From the NCBI GenBank assembly GCA_965240325.2, contig OZ251233.1, positions 2,108,001 to 2,172,000 of the forward strand: 64,000 nt of DNA. Direction: 5' to 3'. Under the pieces are notes generated by a model. It worked only from the letters and a program-made list of their open reading frames with translations. It did no database searches and had not been told where the DNA came from. This document shows positions 10,720-21,514 of the stretch, piece by piece (position 1 is the stretch's first letter; each line of letters begins with the position of its first letter). A program made the translations under genes and the position numbers. The DNA is from Rebecca billardiae RCC1528. Its lineage: Eukaryota > Protista > Haptophyta.

Positions 10720-11301
10720 ATGCTTCGTGTGACGCGACGCGCCCTTGGGCTCATCGCCAGCCGAGGCCTTCGTGAGGTGGACGAGATAGCGGCGGCTTGT
10801 GCACTCGAGCAGCACGTCCTTGCCATCCGCACGTCGCTCGAAGCGAAGCAAGAGGATGTCGAGCGGATCTCAAAGCGGGTGCGATTCGAGGCGGCCTCCG
10901 TGCAGCAGCTGCAAGGCAGTACTGTGGCGATCGAGCGGATCCACAAGCGGCTGGTGGTCTTCCCGGATGGCGAGGAGTCGTCCAGTGGCGTGCGACCCCC
11001 ACTCGAGCTGTCCTTCACCTTTGCGCAAGAGCGTAGCCTGCAGCCGATGCTGCTTGAGCTGAACGATTTTGAAGCGCGGCTGAGCACGCCGAATGGCGCT
11101 CCCCTCTTCTGCATCACGGAGACGAGCGCCGAACGGCAGGAGCTGGCACCGATCGACGCGCTCGTAGCGGCCTGGACGCACGCCGACGGCGTGCATAGCG
11201 AGCGCAATGCGCGCTGGTTGCTGTCGTTTTTGCTCACGCACCCGTCGGATCATGCGTTCGACGCAGTCAGCACGATTCTCATGGAGGAGGCGGCAGAATA
11301 A
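10720..11301 (+). CDS. Hypothetical protein (193 aa)
   Basis: Protein-like composition; ATG lies 157 bp from the divergent G-patch gene; AT-rich 3' flank. Confidence 0.55.
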   Translation: MLRVTRRALGLIASRGLREVDEIAAACALEQHVLAIRTSLEAKQEDVERISKRVRFEAASVQQLQGSTVAIERIHKRLVVFPDGEESSSGVRPPLELSFTFAQERSLQPMLLELNDFEARLSTPNGAPLFCITETSAERQELAPIDALVAAWTHADGVHSERNARWLLSFLLTHPSDHAFDAVSTILMEEAAE

Positions 11302-11356
11302 TTTATCACGAGGACGACGAGAATTATAAGTTCGCCGTACCTGTCTCAGTATAGTC

Positions 11357-11358
<2 letters not shown>

Positions 11359-11422
<64 letters not shown>
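11359..11422. repeat. (CT)n microsatellite, about 32 units
   Basis: Read directly from the sequence. Confidence 0.97.
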
Positions 11423-11426
<4 letters not shown>

Positions 11427-11593
11427 CAGGCCTTGTGGCGGCTACTGTTTCCAACAACTGTAAGCTATATATATAGAGAGTCAGAGATCGATGGGCAGCG
11501 ACTGAGCCTTGCCCTTTGGAGGTCCGAGTTCTTCCGATGAAACCGACGGCGGCACCCCTCGCGCCATATCGCGCGCAGCGCCGCCGAGGGGCA

Positions 11594-13576
11594 TCACCAG
11601 ACGACAGCTCCATCCCGCTCGCTCTCGTCCTCGTTGTCAGACGAGGAGTGGCTACGTTGAGCCCGTCGGGCGCGTTCCGCGTGCGTGCGCTCGCCCGGCG
11701 ACGTCGATGACGGCGTCGCGCCGCCGTCCGTCGCGCGCCGGCGCGGCGGGCTGAGGCGCGGCAAGTTGGCCGCGGCGCCTCGGCTGCCAGGCTCGGTGCG
11801 CGCAGCGAACAACTCCACCGCCGCCCTGTACCCGTCGCTCCGTCTCGAGGGCGAGAGGCTGGGCGAGCGGCTGGCGAGCGGTGAGGCCGGTGAGGGCGAG
11901 CGAGGCGCGGCGGCCGCCGCTGTCGCCGCCGCCGCCGCATCGCACCACGGCCGCGGCGCGGGCGCAGAGCCTCCGCCCAGGGGACGGGCGACGCAGCTGC
12001 CGGCCTGCGGCGCAGCAGGCGGGGGTGGCGCGACGTCCGCGCCGCGCTGCGCACGCGAGTCCTCCAGGTCGAAGCGCCAGCGCCACGGCCTGCCGCCGTG
12101 CGCTGTGCCCTCGCCCGCCGACCCGTCACGCGCGGCCCCGGCGCGCGCGCCCGCGAGCATCCCGCTGAGACCACGCGGCACGGGCACGCCCTCCGTGCCG
12201 ACTGCAGGCGCGGGCTCACTCGGCTTGGTGGGACTCGTGTGCGGGCGCAGGCGGCGCGGGCGCAGGTTGAGCGCAGGCTCCACGCCGGGCTCGGAGCCGC
12301 CGACGCGCGCGAGCGCCCGGCGCTGCACGAGCTCCGCCTCCGCCAGCCGCAGCGCGCGCGCCGCCGCCTCCGCCTCCGCGCGCGCCTCATCCCTCTCGGC
12401 CGCCAGCCGCGCCACCTCCGCGCGAAGGGCGTCGCACTGGGCGCGCAGCGGCGAGGGTGGCAGCGGCCGGCCGGGCAGAGGGCGCGCCTCTCGGCCGGCT
12501 TCGAAGGCAGACGCCTCGGCGCGCCGTGCCGCGCCAGCCCCGTCCCCATCGCCGCAGCACGCGCCCGCGCCGCCCGGCCCGCCCCCAGCGCCCCGGCCAG
12601 GGCTCGGCGGCTGGTGCGCGCGCGCGGCGCTCGCAGCACCAGCTGGCACGTGCGCGCCGGTCGTGGCGGCCGCGCCGCCCTCGCGCGGCGGCGGCGGCGT
12701 TGGCGGCGGCACGGCGGCCCCCGCGGCGCGCCCGCTCGCCCGCGCCTCGCGCGCCCTCGCCTGCTGCACCTCGGCGCGCAGCGCGTCGCGCTCGTCGACC
12801 GTGCGGCTCAGCTCTGCCAGCGCGGCCTCCAGCCTCACGCGGTCTGGTCGGAGCGAGTGCAGCTCCTCGCGCGCGAGCAGCTGCGCGCCGCCCGCGGAGA
12901 CGAGGGCGGCGTGCGTCGCGTCGGCGCGCGCGTGCGCGCGCTCGAGCTCGGCCTCCAGCGCGCGCGCGTTCTCGAGCAGGTTGTCCGCCTCCTCGCGCGC
13001 GCGCGCGCACTCGGCGCGCGCGCGCTCGAGCTCCTCCTCCAGAGAGGCGGCGCGCCGCGTGTCGCGCTCGGCGCGCTCGGCGGCGGCGCGGCCGTCGCGC
13101 TCGCGCGAGGCGGCGGCCTCGAGCTGTAGGGAGAGCTCGATCGCCGCGTCCTCCGACTGCTTGCGCACGCGCTCGCGCAGCGCCTCCACCTCGCCCTCCG
13201 CATCGAGCAGCCGGTCGAGCGCCGCGTCGCGCACTTCGATCGCCTCGCGCGCGCGCGCCTCGGCGTCCGCTGCGGCGCGGTCGGTGGCGTGCGCGTGGGC
13301 CAGATCGCGCTGGGCTGCATCGGCACGCGCGTCGGCCTGACGCCGCGCGAGCCGCTCCTCGTGCAGCTCGGCGCTCAGCTGCGCGAGGCGCCGCTCGAGC
13401 GTCTGCACCTCGGCGGCCGTGCGCGACGCTGCCGCCGAGCGCGCGTCGAGCTCGCGCTGGAGGCGCTCGTGAGCGACGTGCAGGTCGTTCAGCTCGAGGC
13501 CGAGCTGAATGTGCTCCTCCGTGCTGAGCACGCCGTGCTCATCGCTGCGCCCTGGGGCGCGCCGGCCGGCGAGCAT
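11594..13576 (-). CDS. Long coiled-coil protein
   Basis: 660-aa ORF with an E/R/A/L heptad-rich N-terminal half (LERRLAQLSAELHEERLARRQ...) and a low-complexity C-terminal half. Confidence 0.7.
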   Translation of the reverse strand: MLAGRRAPGRSDEHGVLSTEEHIQLGLELNDLHVAHERLQRELDARSAAASRTAAEVQTLERRLAQLSAELHEERLARRQADARADAAQRDLAHAHATDRAAADAEARAREAIEVRDAALDRLLDAEGEVEALRERVRKQSEDAAIELSLQLEAAASRERDGRAAAERAERDTRRAASLEEELERARAECARAREEADNLLENARALEAELERAHARADATHAALVSAGGAQLLAREELHSLRPDRVRLEAALAELSRTVDERDALRAEVQQARAREARASGRAAGAAVPPPTPPPPREGGAAATTGAHVPAGAASAARAHQPPSPGRGAGGGPGGAGACCGDGDGAGAARRAEASAFEAGREARPLPGRPLPPSPLRAQCDALRAEVARLAAERDEARAEAEAAARALRLAEAELVQRRALARVGGSEPGVEPALNLRPRRLRPHTSPTKPSEPAPAVGTEGVPVPRGLSGMLAGARAGAARDGSAGEGTAHGGRPWRWRFDLEDSRAQRGADVAPPPPAAPQAGSCVARPLGGGSAPAPRPWCDAAAAATAAAAAPRSPSPASPLASRSPSLSPSRRSDGYRAAVELFAARTEPGSRGAAANLPRLSPPRRRATDGGATPSSTSPGERTHAERARRAQRSHSSSDNEDESERDGAVVW

Positions 13577-13763
13577 GCCATGCGATCACCGTTGGCGCCG
13601 TCGAGCTTGAAGCCCGCGACGACACCGGTCGGCAGGCGTCGCCAGCGTCCGGCACGGTCCGGATGCATCCGACGACGGTTACCCCATTTCTATTTTCAGC
13701 AGCCCGAGCCGTGCGCCACTCAAGAACTGCGCCTTGCCCGCTTGCGACTCCCCCGGGTGCAAC

Positions 13764-14082
13764 ATGGTGCCGCGGTTGTGGGCGCTCCTCGCGCTCGTGC
13801 TCGCGCTGCTCGCATCGCCTGCAGCGGGCGGGCACGCGTTTGACCAGACGCTGTGCAAGGTGTACAGGCAGCATTGCAACGAGAGCCCGCCAAAGCCCGA
13901 CGTCACAACGTGCGCAGCTGCGTTGGCTCGCCGCCAGCGGGCGTGTCTGCCCACCGCTGACTCACCCACGCCTGGCCCCTGATTGCCGCGCGTCGCGCCC
14001 ATGCCGCGGGATGCATCGCCGCAGGTGCCGGGTGCGCATGATGAAGTGCGAGGAGGCTCAGCATGAACGCGAACACTTCTAG
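13764..14082 (+). CDS. Small secreted 4-Cys peptide (67 aa, 2 exons)
   Basis: Exons 13764-13909 and 14025-14082 joined across a GTGCGC...CGCAG intron (13910-14024) give MVPRLWALLALVLALLASPAAGGHAFDQTLCKVYRQHCNESPPKPDVTTCRVRMMKCEEAQHEREHF, with a clear signal peptide. Confidence 0.7.
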
Positions 14083-14763
14083 CTGCCGAACGAGTCGCCC
14101 GCCATTGCTTGCTCTTTGCGGCGACGGTGCCGTATGCCCAACACTCACAGCTGACTGTTCAGGCGGACAGGACTGGCCGTGGTCCGAGAGCCAGGCCGGC
14201 TGAGACGCTGGACTTCCACTCGGCGTGCAGTCGGCCTTGCCGAGGCGGGGGTGGCTGAGGCTGCCGGCCTCTGGCGAGGTCCGCATTCCCGGGGCAACGC
14301 ACCGGCACCGCCAGCGGCGTTGCGGCGACTGCTGGCATCAGCTGGAGGGGATGGCGGCGCCGCCCGCCGTGCGCAGCAGCCTGTTCGTCACTGAGTCGAC
14401 GAGACAATGCGTGACTTCTTGCAACCCGCGGCCCCCGGCAGCGGTGGCGGGTGGCGGCTCCCAGCAGCGCCCGTGAACACGGCCCGAGGCGGCAGGCCCA
14501 GAGCCAGTGGTCACTTCTGATCGTTCGCCAGGCGCCGTGGTCGTGGATGCCGAGCGGCTGAGGGCAGCCTACTATCACAAGTGGCGTCACCGGCGCCAAC
14601 GTCGGTGCCAAAAGGCGTGCTAAGCTCGCGTCGTCATACGACGTCAGATGCGCATGCATGTATATGCTGTAATAATGAATCAATTATGTCATTATTATAA
14701 TAAATTAAGTACGCGCAGAAATAATTCGAATATTCATCGGACTTTCGGAGCGCACTCAGGCTT

Positions 14764-17445
14764 CACAGTGCGCTAACCGCCACCGAAAGTTGAATTGGCA
14801 GAACGGCCGATTCCGCGATCAGGGACGTTTTCGCGGCGGCCGGCCGCCATCGCTGGCGCAGCCATCCGCGCGCGAACACGCGCGCGCAGCGACGCCAGCC
14901 GCATGGCGTGCGCCAAGACGGGGGGCGGCTGAGTTCTGCATCACCTGCGCTCGTTCGGGCTTGCGGGTCATGCCTCCCATTGCGGCCGCCTCCGTCCGCC
15001 TTTGACCAGAGTGCGCGTGCAGGTGCGCCAGCAGTCTGCGACATCGCCTCCCGCGCGCCGCGCCACACCGCGGCTGACAGGGGGGTCTAGGAGGGAATCG
15101 CAGAAAGTTACGTGGCTGAAATTGTTCGGTGTACACGCATCATCAAAGGTAGCACAGCTGCGTTTCGCCGTTGACGAGCTGCACCCCCCCTCAATTCGCG
15201 GGCTCCCCGTGGTCGCTTCGCGTCAGCAGGAACATCTGAAATCCGCACGCGAACATGCGCGCGCAGAGACGCCAGCCGCATGGCGTGCGCCAAGACGGGG
15301 GGCGGCTGAGTTCTGCATCACTCACGCTCGTTCGGGCTCGCGGGTCATGCCTCCCATCGCGGCCGCCTCCGTCCGCCTCTGACCGGAGTGCGCGTGCCGG
15401 GCGCTCGGCAGCCTGCGCGCGCACCTCGCGCGCGCCGCGCCACACGGCGGCTCACAGCGGGGTCTAGGAGGGCATCGCAGAAAGTTACGTGGCTGAAATT
15501 GTTCGGTGTACACGCATGGCCAAGTGCATCACAGCTGCGTTCCACTGTTCACGAGCTGCACCCCCTTGCATTCGCGGGCGCGCCGCGGCCGCGCTCGCGC
15601 AGGCGCATGGGATCCACGTGTTGGCTCGATCATCGGGATCAAGCGGGCTGCGCAGGCAGTGGGCTGGCGTACGAGCTCACTACACGCGCAGTGTCAGAAT
15701 ACGCTGCATCAGGTGTGCCCCGTCGGCTGTGCTGCTGAGCATACGGCACACGACGGGCACTCGAGTAGTCCGGCCGTGCGAGGAGCCCGAGCATCCCAGC
15801 TGGCGTGCGAGCGGCTTACCGGGCGTAGCTGATGCACGAGCACCCTGCGTTGAGCATCAAAGGTGTCAAGAGCACGCGTTCTCGCCATCCAGTCGTATCT
15901 TTCGGCCTCCATGCGCTCACGGCCAAAGAGATGATCTGCGCGCGTACGCGCGCGCTGCCGATTCCCGAGGAGTGCATGAGGGGGTCGGGTTGCCGCCACA
16001 GGGGCACCTGAGCTTGACTTGAGGGCTGGGTGGAGCAGGCGACGAAAGACGCACGACGAGTGGCTGACGTGATGTGTCTGGGGTCTCCTCGTGGCGCGCT
16101 TGCACGTTTTCGGCGCATCACCATCACTGTCGTGCTGACTTCGCGGCCGACGTCGCCTGCTGGCTGCGGCGCCCCGACCGCGCCCGTGACCGTGTGCTGA
16201 CGGTCCGCTCTGACCGCACCGTGTCCGCGTAGGCGCAGCTGAGACTCGCAGCAGAGTAGCGGCCTATGGCTATAGCCCGGTCGTAGCTTGATATGCGCGC
16301 GTAAAGGAGGAGCAGTAGACGCGTCGTATCAAGCGGCCTGCTCGCCTGCTGCTAATAAAATATACGCGTGATCTATGATCGGCTCTGACGGACCGAATGG
16401 ATTCCAGCGTGCCCGCGCGCGGCGCGGCGAAGGCACCGGCCACGGACCACGGCCACTCAGCTCGTCGCGTCGTGTCGGCGGCTGGCTGGCTGGCGGATGA
16501 GTCGGCAGGCTTGGGGAGCCCGCGAGCGCGGCACGCCACGCTACTTGCATGCTGTATTTGCGCATCGCCTCTTCGTAGACGCGCGCCTCACTCTCAGCTG
16601 AGCTCGGGCCGTCGGGTGCGACGACGGCTGGCGGGAGCCGCTGACCGTGTCCGTGACATCATGACGACCGACCGCGAACTCCGACCTGGCTGACGGCAGC
16701 ACTTGCGAGCAGCGCAGCACGGCGCGGCGCGTTGCGGCCTGCGGCGCGGCGTGGCGGTGGGCCCGCGTGACACGCTGCCAGCGTCACGGACAAGCGAGGC
16801 CCCGCCCCGTCTCCGCAGCGCCGCGCTCACGTGTGACCACGACCTGCACAACACGGGCCGTGGTCAGAAAGCCGTCGCGCGCGCGTTCATTTACGCGGCA
16901 ACTTGGTGCTGAGCGCCAGCCGAGAGGTAGTGGCGACGACGACAGCCACTCCAGGTCGATGTGCACCTGCGTCTGTGCCCGGGTGCCGCTGGGATGCGAT
17001 TGAGGATGAGAGCTTGCGGCAGCATGCCCTGACATGAGCAGCGGTCAGTTTGGAGAGCGTGAGTCGTGCCAGCACGCGAGAGCAGACGTGCACGTTTCGA
17101 GCAGCCGAGCTGTACCATGAAAGTCAGCAATCTAGCGCGCATGCCGCGCACCCGAAAGAGCTGACCATCTCCGCATGCTCAGAGCAGCCGGCGGCGCGCT
17201 CGCAGAGTCGCTTCGGAGTCGCTTTGCGGCCGTCTCGGCGCGTGTCATGTGGAGCTGCTCTCGAGGCGAAGGACGAGGAAGGCGTTGATCAGCGCCGCTG
17301 AAGACTAGGACTAGGCTCTCTCGCGAGGTCCGCCGCGCGGTCTACGCCGCCGATCACGGCCTCTTGAGGACGGTCGGCCAGCGCGCGCGTCGGCAGCCAT
17401 CGTGACACCTCTCATTCAACTTTCGGCCCGTGTTAGCGCACTGTG
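14764..17445. mobile_element. Non-autonomous TIR DNA transposon (CAC-terminated; CMC/EnSpm- or Transib-like)
   Basis: Left TIR 14764-14795 is CACAGTGCGCTAAC-cgcca-CCGAAAGTTGAAT. Right TIR 17414-17445 (reverse complement) is CACAGTGCGCTAAC-acggg-CCGAAAGTTGAAT. TT lies on both flanks; there is an internal tandem repeat and no recognisable transposase. Confidence 0.8.
14864..15579. repeat. Two diverged tandem copies (about 340 bp of homology, 377-bp period) inside the TIR element
   Basis: 14864-15203 vs 15241-15579 share blocks such as GCAGAAAGTTACGTGGCTGAAATTGTTCGGTGTACACGCAT and GCCAAGACGGGGGGCGGCTGAGTTCTGCATCAC. Confidence 0.92.
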
Positions 17446-18080
17446 TTACTTATTGCGGCTGCTTATGCCCGCCGCTTATTAATATTAATACTATTAATAC
17501 GGATTATGAGCTGCTATCTAAGCGTCGCGGCGGCGAACTCACTTACTAAGTTAATGTCTTAATGAATTAATTTGCCATTATTATAAATACTATCTGGAAA
17601 CAGTATTACTGCATCATTGAGCTGCGGGCACCGCTGGCAGCGTCAGTCTCAAATCAGACTCAGACTCAGAGTCAGAGTCAGAGCGTGAGCGGGCGACTCT
17701 GGCTCGGCCCTCTGCGGTCCGCGCCGCTCCGCGCTCGGGGCCGCTCGACCCCAAACGTCGGCGTCGGCAAGAGGCCGATTACGACCGCGAGGTGGTCTGT
17801 GAACCGCGCTGAGGGGCACGTCCACGCCCAGCGCCCGGGAGGCCGAGCGGCCAGCGGCCAGCCGCACCGCGCGCACAGAGCGGCAGTGACGCCTGACGAG
17901 GACGGCGCAGATCCTCAGCTGACGGGAAGATGCAGCCCATTGCATGCACCAACGCCACGGACTCGCCGAGTGAGTAACGCACAGAAAGACGGGTGGACGC
18001 CGCGGTGCCGCAGGTGGCCGCCCTCGCATGGGGCTCGAGCGCCTGCCCCGGGGCAGGCTGCGTGCCGGCGGCTGCCGCGC

Positions 18081-18815
18081 TCACACCCGCGCGAGCACGA
18101 CTCCAAACGCGACCACGGCCACCCAGATCGCCAGCCACATGGCTGGCCGCGCGAGGAGGCTGCTCGACGCGCGCGCGGCCTCGACGGCCTCCGCCTCGGC
18201 CTGCGCCGCCTCCTCGCCCTCCTGCGGCGCCTGCACCAGATCCGGGAAGAGCGATCTGAACGTCGGGTCCTTGCGGTTGGCCGCGTGGGAGAGGCGCGCG
18301 AGGTTGCGCTTCTGCGCGAGCGTCGTCTCGACCGAGCCGACTGTTGGGGTGGCCTCGAGCATGAAGGAGAGGATGCCGTTGAGGATGGTGCCCACGGACC
18401 AGGCGGGCACCCATGTCTCTGGGTGGAAGTCGCTGTGGGCGCGGGTGGGCGCATCAGGCGCGCCGAGGGTCAGAAGGGACGCCGGCGCGCTCGCGGCGCG
18501 GCGCAGCGCGCAGCGCCTCGAGCGCGACCAATCGCGGCCGCACCTCATGGATAGGCACAATCGCGTGTTCACGTCGAAGCGGCCACTCGGTGTGAGCATG
18601 TAGATGGAGGGTGGCCGGTACGGGTACTCGGGCGGGAAGACGAGCTTGCCGTGGTACATGCCGCCCTCATACGGCGTGCTCGGCGGGCCGCTGATCACAA
18701 AGTGCCACTCGAGGATGTTGGACGCGAGGGGCGCGCACGTGATGTGCGGCACGGGCTCCGCCTCGAGACGGAGGCACTCCTTGCGGAGCCGTGCCACGCA
18801 CTGCTTCTTCGCCAT
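18081..18815 (-). CDS. UBC6: Ubiquitin-conjugating enzyme E2 J2/Ubc6 (ER tail-anchored)
   Basis: NILEWHFVISGPPSTPYEGGMYHGKLVFPPEYPYRPPSIYMLTPSGRF..NTRLCLSMSDFHPETW.PAWSV after removing intron 18433-18543; C-terminal TM helix. Confidence 0.93.
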   Translation of the reverse strand: MAKKQCVARLRKECLRLEAEPVPHITCAPLASNILEWHFVISGPPSTPYEGGMYHGKLVFPPEYPYRPPSIYMLTPSGRFDVNTRLCLSMRCGRDWSRSRRCALRRAASAPASLLTLGAPDAPTRAHSDFHPETWVPAWSVGTILNGILSFMLEATPTVGSVETTLAQKRNLARLSHAANRKDPTFRSLFPDLVQAPQEGEEAAQAEAEAVEAARASSSLLARPAMWLAIWVAVVAFGVVLARV

Positions 18816-19198
18816 GCCAGCCGCCCACGCGCCTCGCCCACGGACGAGGAGGGCGCCGCCCACGACCCGGGGATCCAAGGGCGCCCGCCGCCTGCTGACG
18901 CGACGAGGCTTTGGCGGGTCCTCCCCGCCCCTTGCTTGATCAGCTCCGGGAGCGATGATGAGCTTGGGTGCGGGAGAGTCGCTTGTGGCCCTCGCTCAAG
19001 CTCCAGATTCCTGCTCTGGATTCCGTCATTCTCATAGGGCATCAGCCGAAATGAATAGCAAGCCCAGCGCCCGCCGAGAGGGATGTGAGTGGTCTGTCAT
19101 TGTCAGCACCGGTCGGGACTGGCGTCCCCCGGCCACCACACGCAAGCCAGGCGGTGGAAGGGTGGAAGACGCGCCTAACCGCCCGGGCCTCCTCCACG

Positions 19199-21514
19199 AT
19201 GGAGGAGCCGCCGTCGCTGCTGCAGCTCTCGCTGGACGCGCTGGTCCACGGCGTGAGCACGGGCTCGACGCTCGTGCGTCGCGACGGCACCCTCGCGCGC
19301 GCGGCCGGCGGCTCGTTCTGGCTGAGCGAGGACGACCAGGCGGCGGACGCGCAGCTTCACTCGCTCGCGCTCCTGCCCATCCCACTTGACGTGAAGTTGC
19401 GCGTGCTCAACGAGCTGCGCGTGGGCGGCGTGCTTGACGACGCACGCCTCCTCCTCCTCGCCGACGCCTCGCTCACCTCCCTCGAGCTGAGCGGCTGCCG
19501 CCAGGTCACGGCCGAAGGCTTGCGCGCGCTCGGCGAGTGCTGCCCGCAGCTCGCGGCCATCTCGCTGGACTGGTGCTTCCAGCTCGGCGACGCGCACGTG
19601 GACGCGATCGCGTCGTCCTTCTCTGCGCTGCGCACCCTCTCGCTCCGCGGCTGCCGCCACCTGAGCGGCGCGGCGATCGCGCGCGTCGTTGAGCGCGCGC
19701 CCGCGCTGCGCGTGCTCGACATTTCAGAGTGCGTGCGCGCCGCAGCCGAGCTGGCGGGCGGGGCGCGGCGCGTGGGCGGCAGGCTGCGCGAGCTGAGCGT
19801 GCTGGGGAACTCGGTCCTCGACGACGCCTCGCAGCTGCTCAGCCTCGCCCGCGCCTTCCCCACCGTGCGCGTGATATCGATCTCGCTGCCGCTCGCTTGC
19901 CGCAGCCGCGCGCCCTCGCCCGCGGCCGCGCCGCACAGCCGCGCGCGGCCCGCCGAGCCGCAGAACGATCCCGGCCAGGCGCTCCGCGCGGTGCTCGCCT
20001 CGGGGGCGTGCGCGCGGCTGCGCGAGGCGACTCTTCTCTCGCCGCGCGGAACGCTGAGGCTGCACGCGCTGCTCGGCGCGGCCGAGGCAGCGTGGCACAG
20101 CGCGCCGCCTGCGCGCGGCGCGCCGCACGCGGCACCGCAGCAGCCCGGGCCAGCGAGTGCGCGCGTGCGGATGCCACTGCGCGCGGCGGCGATCACGCGC
20201 GCAGGCGGCGCGGCGCTGCACGCCAGCTCACTCCGCACGATGCTCTCCGCGCCCGCCACCTCGATGACCGCGGTCACGGCCGTGCGCGACGGCCGCGCAC
20301 GGGCTGGATGCGCCGAGCTCACTCCCGTGGCCGCCGGCTCGGCCGCGGGCGCGGCGGCGTGCACAGCGGCCGGCGGTGCCGCCTCGAGCGACTCTGACAC
20401 GGCCGACTCGGCGGACGCGAGCGCCGATCTCGCGGCTCAGCACGGAGCACCCTACCCGCTGCGCGCGCTCACGCTCAGGTGCCGGCGCATCGACGGCGCC
20501 GCGGCCGAGCCGGCCGCCGAGCGCGGCGACGGTGGAGGCGGCGGCGTCGGCGGCGCGCCCGGCGCAGTCCAGCCTGGGGGGCTGGACTTGCCCTCGCCGC
20601 CACTGGCGAGCCTGGCGAGTGCGTTCGCGGCCGTGGCGCACGGCGCTCGCGGCGCCGAGCCCGCGGCGGGCGCGTGCCCGCTCGGGCGCGTGCGCTCGCT
20701 CGCGCTGAGCGCGCGCCGCTTCGTGGGCGCGGGCTGCCTGCAGGCGGCGCTGCTGGCACTGCCCGCGCTCGAGTCGCTGGCGCTGGGCATCAGCGTGGTC
20801 GCGGCGCGCCCGCCCGCGCTGCCGGCGGCCACGGCCGAGGCGCACGGCGCGGGGCGGGCGGCGGCGGCGGCGGACGAGCTGCTGGGACCATCCGACCCCG
20901 CGGACGACTCGACACTCGAGGCGAACGGCAGCAGTGACGAGGACGAGGACCAGCCGCCCGTGCCGCCGCTGCGGCGGCGGCGGCGCAACGCGATCTGGCA
21001 GCTGCACTCGTCGATCGAGGCGATCGCGCGCGCGCCGATGCGCAAGCGCGTGCGCTCGTGCGCGCTCGCGCCGCTGCCGCCGCCAGTGCGGTGGCAGCAT
21101 GCGCGGCTGCGCGCGCTCTCGCTGCACCGCGTCGAGTTGGCGCCGCCGCTGCTCGAGTCTTTGCGCGCGTGCGTCGCGCTCGAGGGCCTCGCGCTGCGCC
21201 GCTGCTCCGGGCTGACCGAGGATGCGGCGCACGCGCTGCTCAGCGTGCCGCCCAACCGCCTGCGCGTGCTCCGCGTGTCGCGCGCGCTCGGCGCGCGGCT
21301 CGACAGGCTGGCGGCAGCCGCCGCGCTCGAGGCGCACAGCACGGTCGGCGAGGCGGTCACGCCCGGCGTGCTGCCCGCGGGCGAGGCGTGGCTCTCCGGC
21401 TTCCACGAAGTCACGCCGGCAACGTGGTCGACGCTCGCGACGCTCACGCGGCTGAGGGGCGTGCGCCTGCTGCGCGACGACGCGGACGGTACCACTACAA
21501 GCGGCGCGACGTGA
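19199..21514 (+). CDS. Cysteine-containing leucine-rich repeat (RNI-like/AMN1-like) protein
   Basis: LRR_CC repeats LTSLELSGCRQVT, LAAISLDWCFQLGD, LRTLSLRGCRHLS, LRVLDISEC and LEGLALRRCSGLTE. N-terminal PSLLQLSLDAL resembles a BC-box. Confidence 0.78.
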   Translation: MEEPPSLLQLSLDALVHGVSTGSTLVRRDGTLARAAGGSFWLSEDDQAADAQLHSLALLPIPLDVKLRVLNELRVGGVLDDARLLLLADASLTSLELSGCRQVTAEGLRALGECCPQLAAISLDWCFQLGDAHVDAIASSFSALRTLSLRGCRHLSGAAIARVVERAPALRVLDISECVRAAAELAGGARRVGGRLRELSVLGNSVLDDASQLLSLARAFPTVRVISISLPLACRSRAPSPAAAPHSRARPAEPQNDPGQALRAVLASGACARLREATLLSPRGTLRLHALLGAAEAAWHSAPPARGAPHAAPQQPGPASARVRMPLRAAAITRAGGAALHASSLRTMLSAPATSMTAVTAVRDGRARAGCAELTPVAAGSAAGAAACTAAGGAASSDSDTADSADASADLAAQHGAPYPLRALTLRCRRIDGAAAEPAAERGDGGGGGVGGAPGAVQPGGLDLPSPPLASLASAFAAVAHGARGAEPAAGACPLGRVRSLALSARRFVGAGCLQAALLALPALESLALGISVVAARPPALPAATAEAHGAGRAAAAADELLGPSDPADDSTLEANGSSDEDEDQPPVPPLRRRRRNAIWQLHSSIEAIARAPMRKRVRSCALAPLPPPVRWQHARLRALSLHRVELAPPLLESLRACVALEGLALRRCSGLTEDAAHALLSVPPNRLRVLRVSRALGARLDRLAAAAALEAHSTVGEAVTPGVLPAGEAWLSGFHEVTPATWSTLATLTRLRGVRLLRDDADGTTTSGAT

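Noticed and set aside
9084-11237. 717-aa version of the G-patch ORF
   Set aside because: The extension beyond 10562 is the antisense of the 10720-11301 gene.
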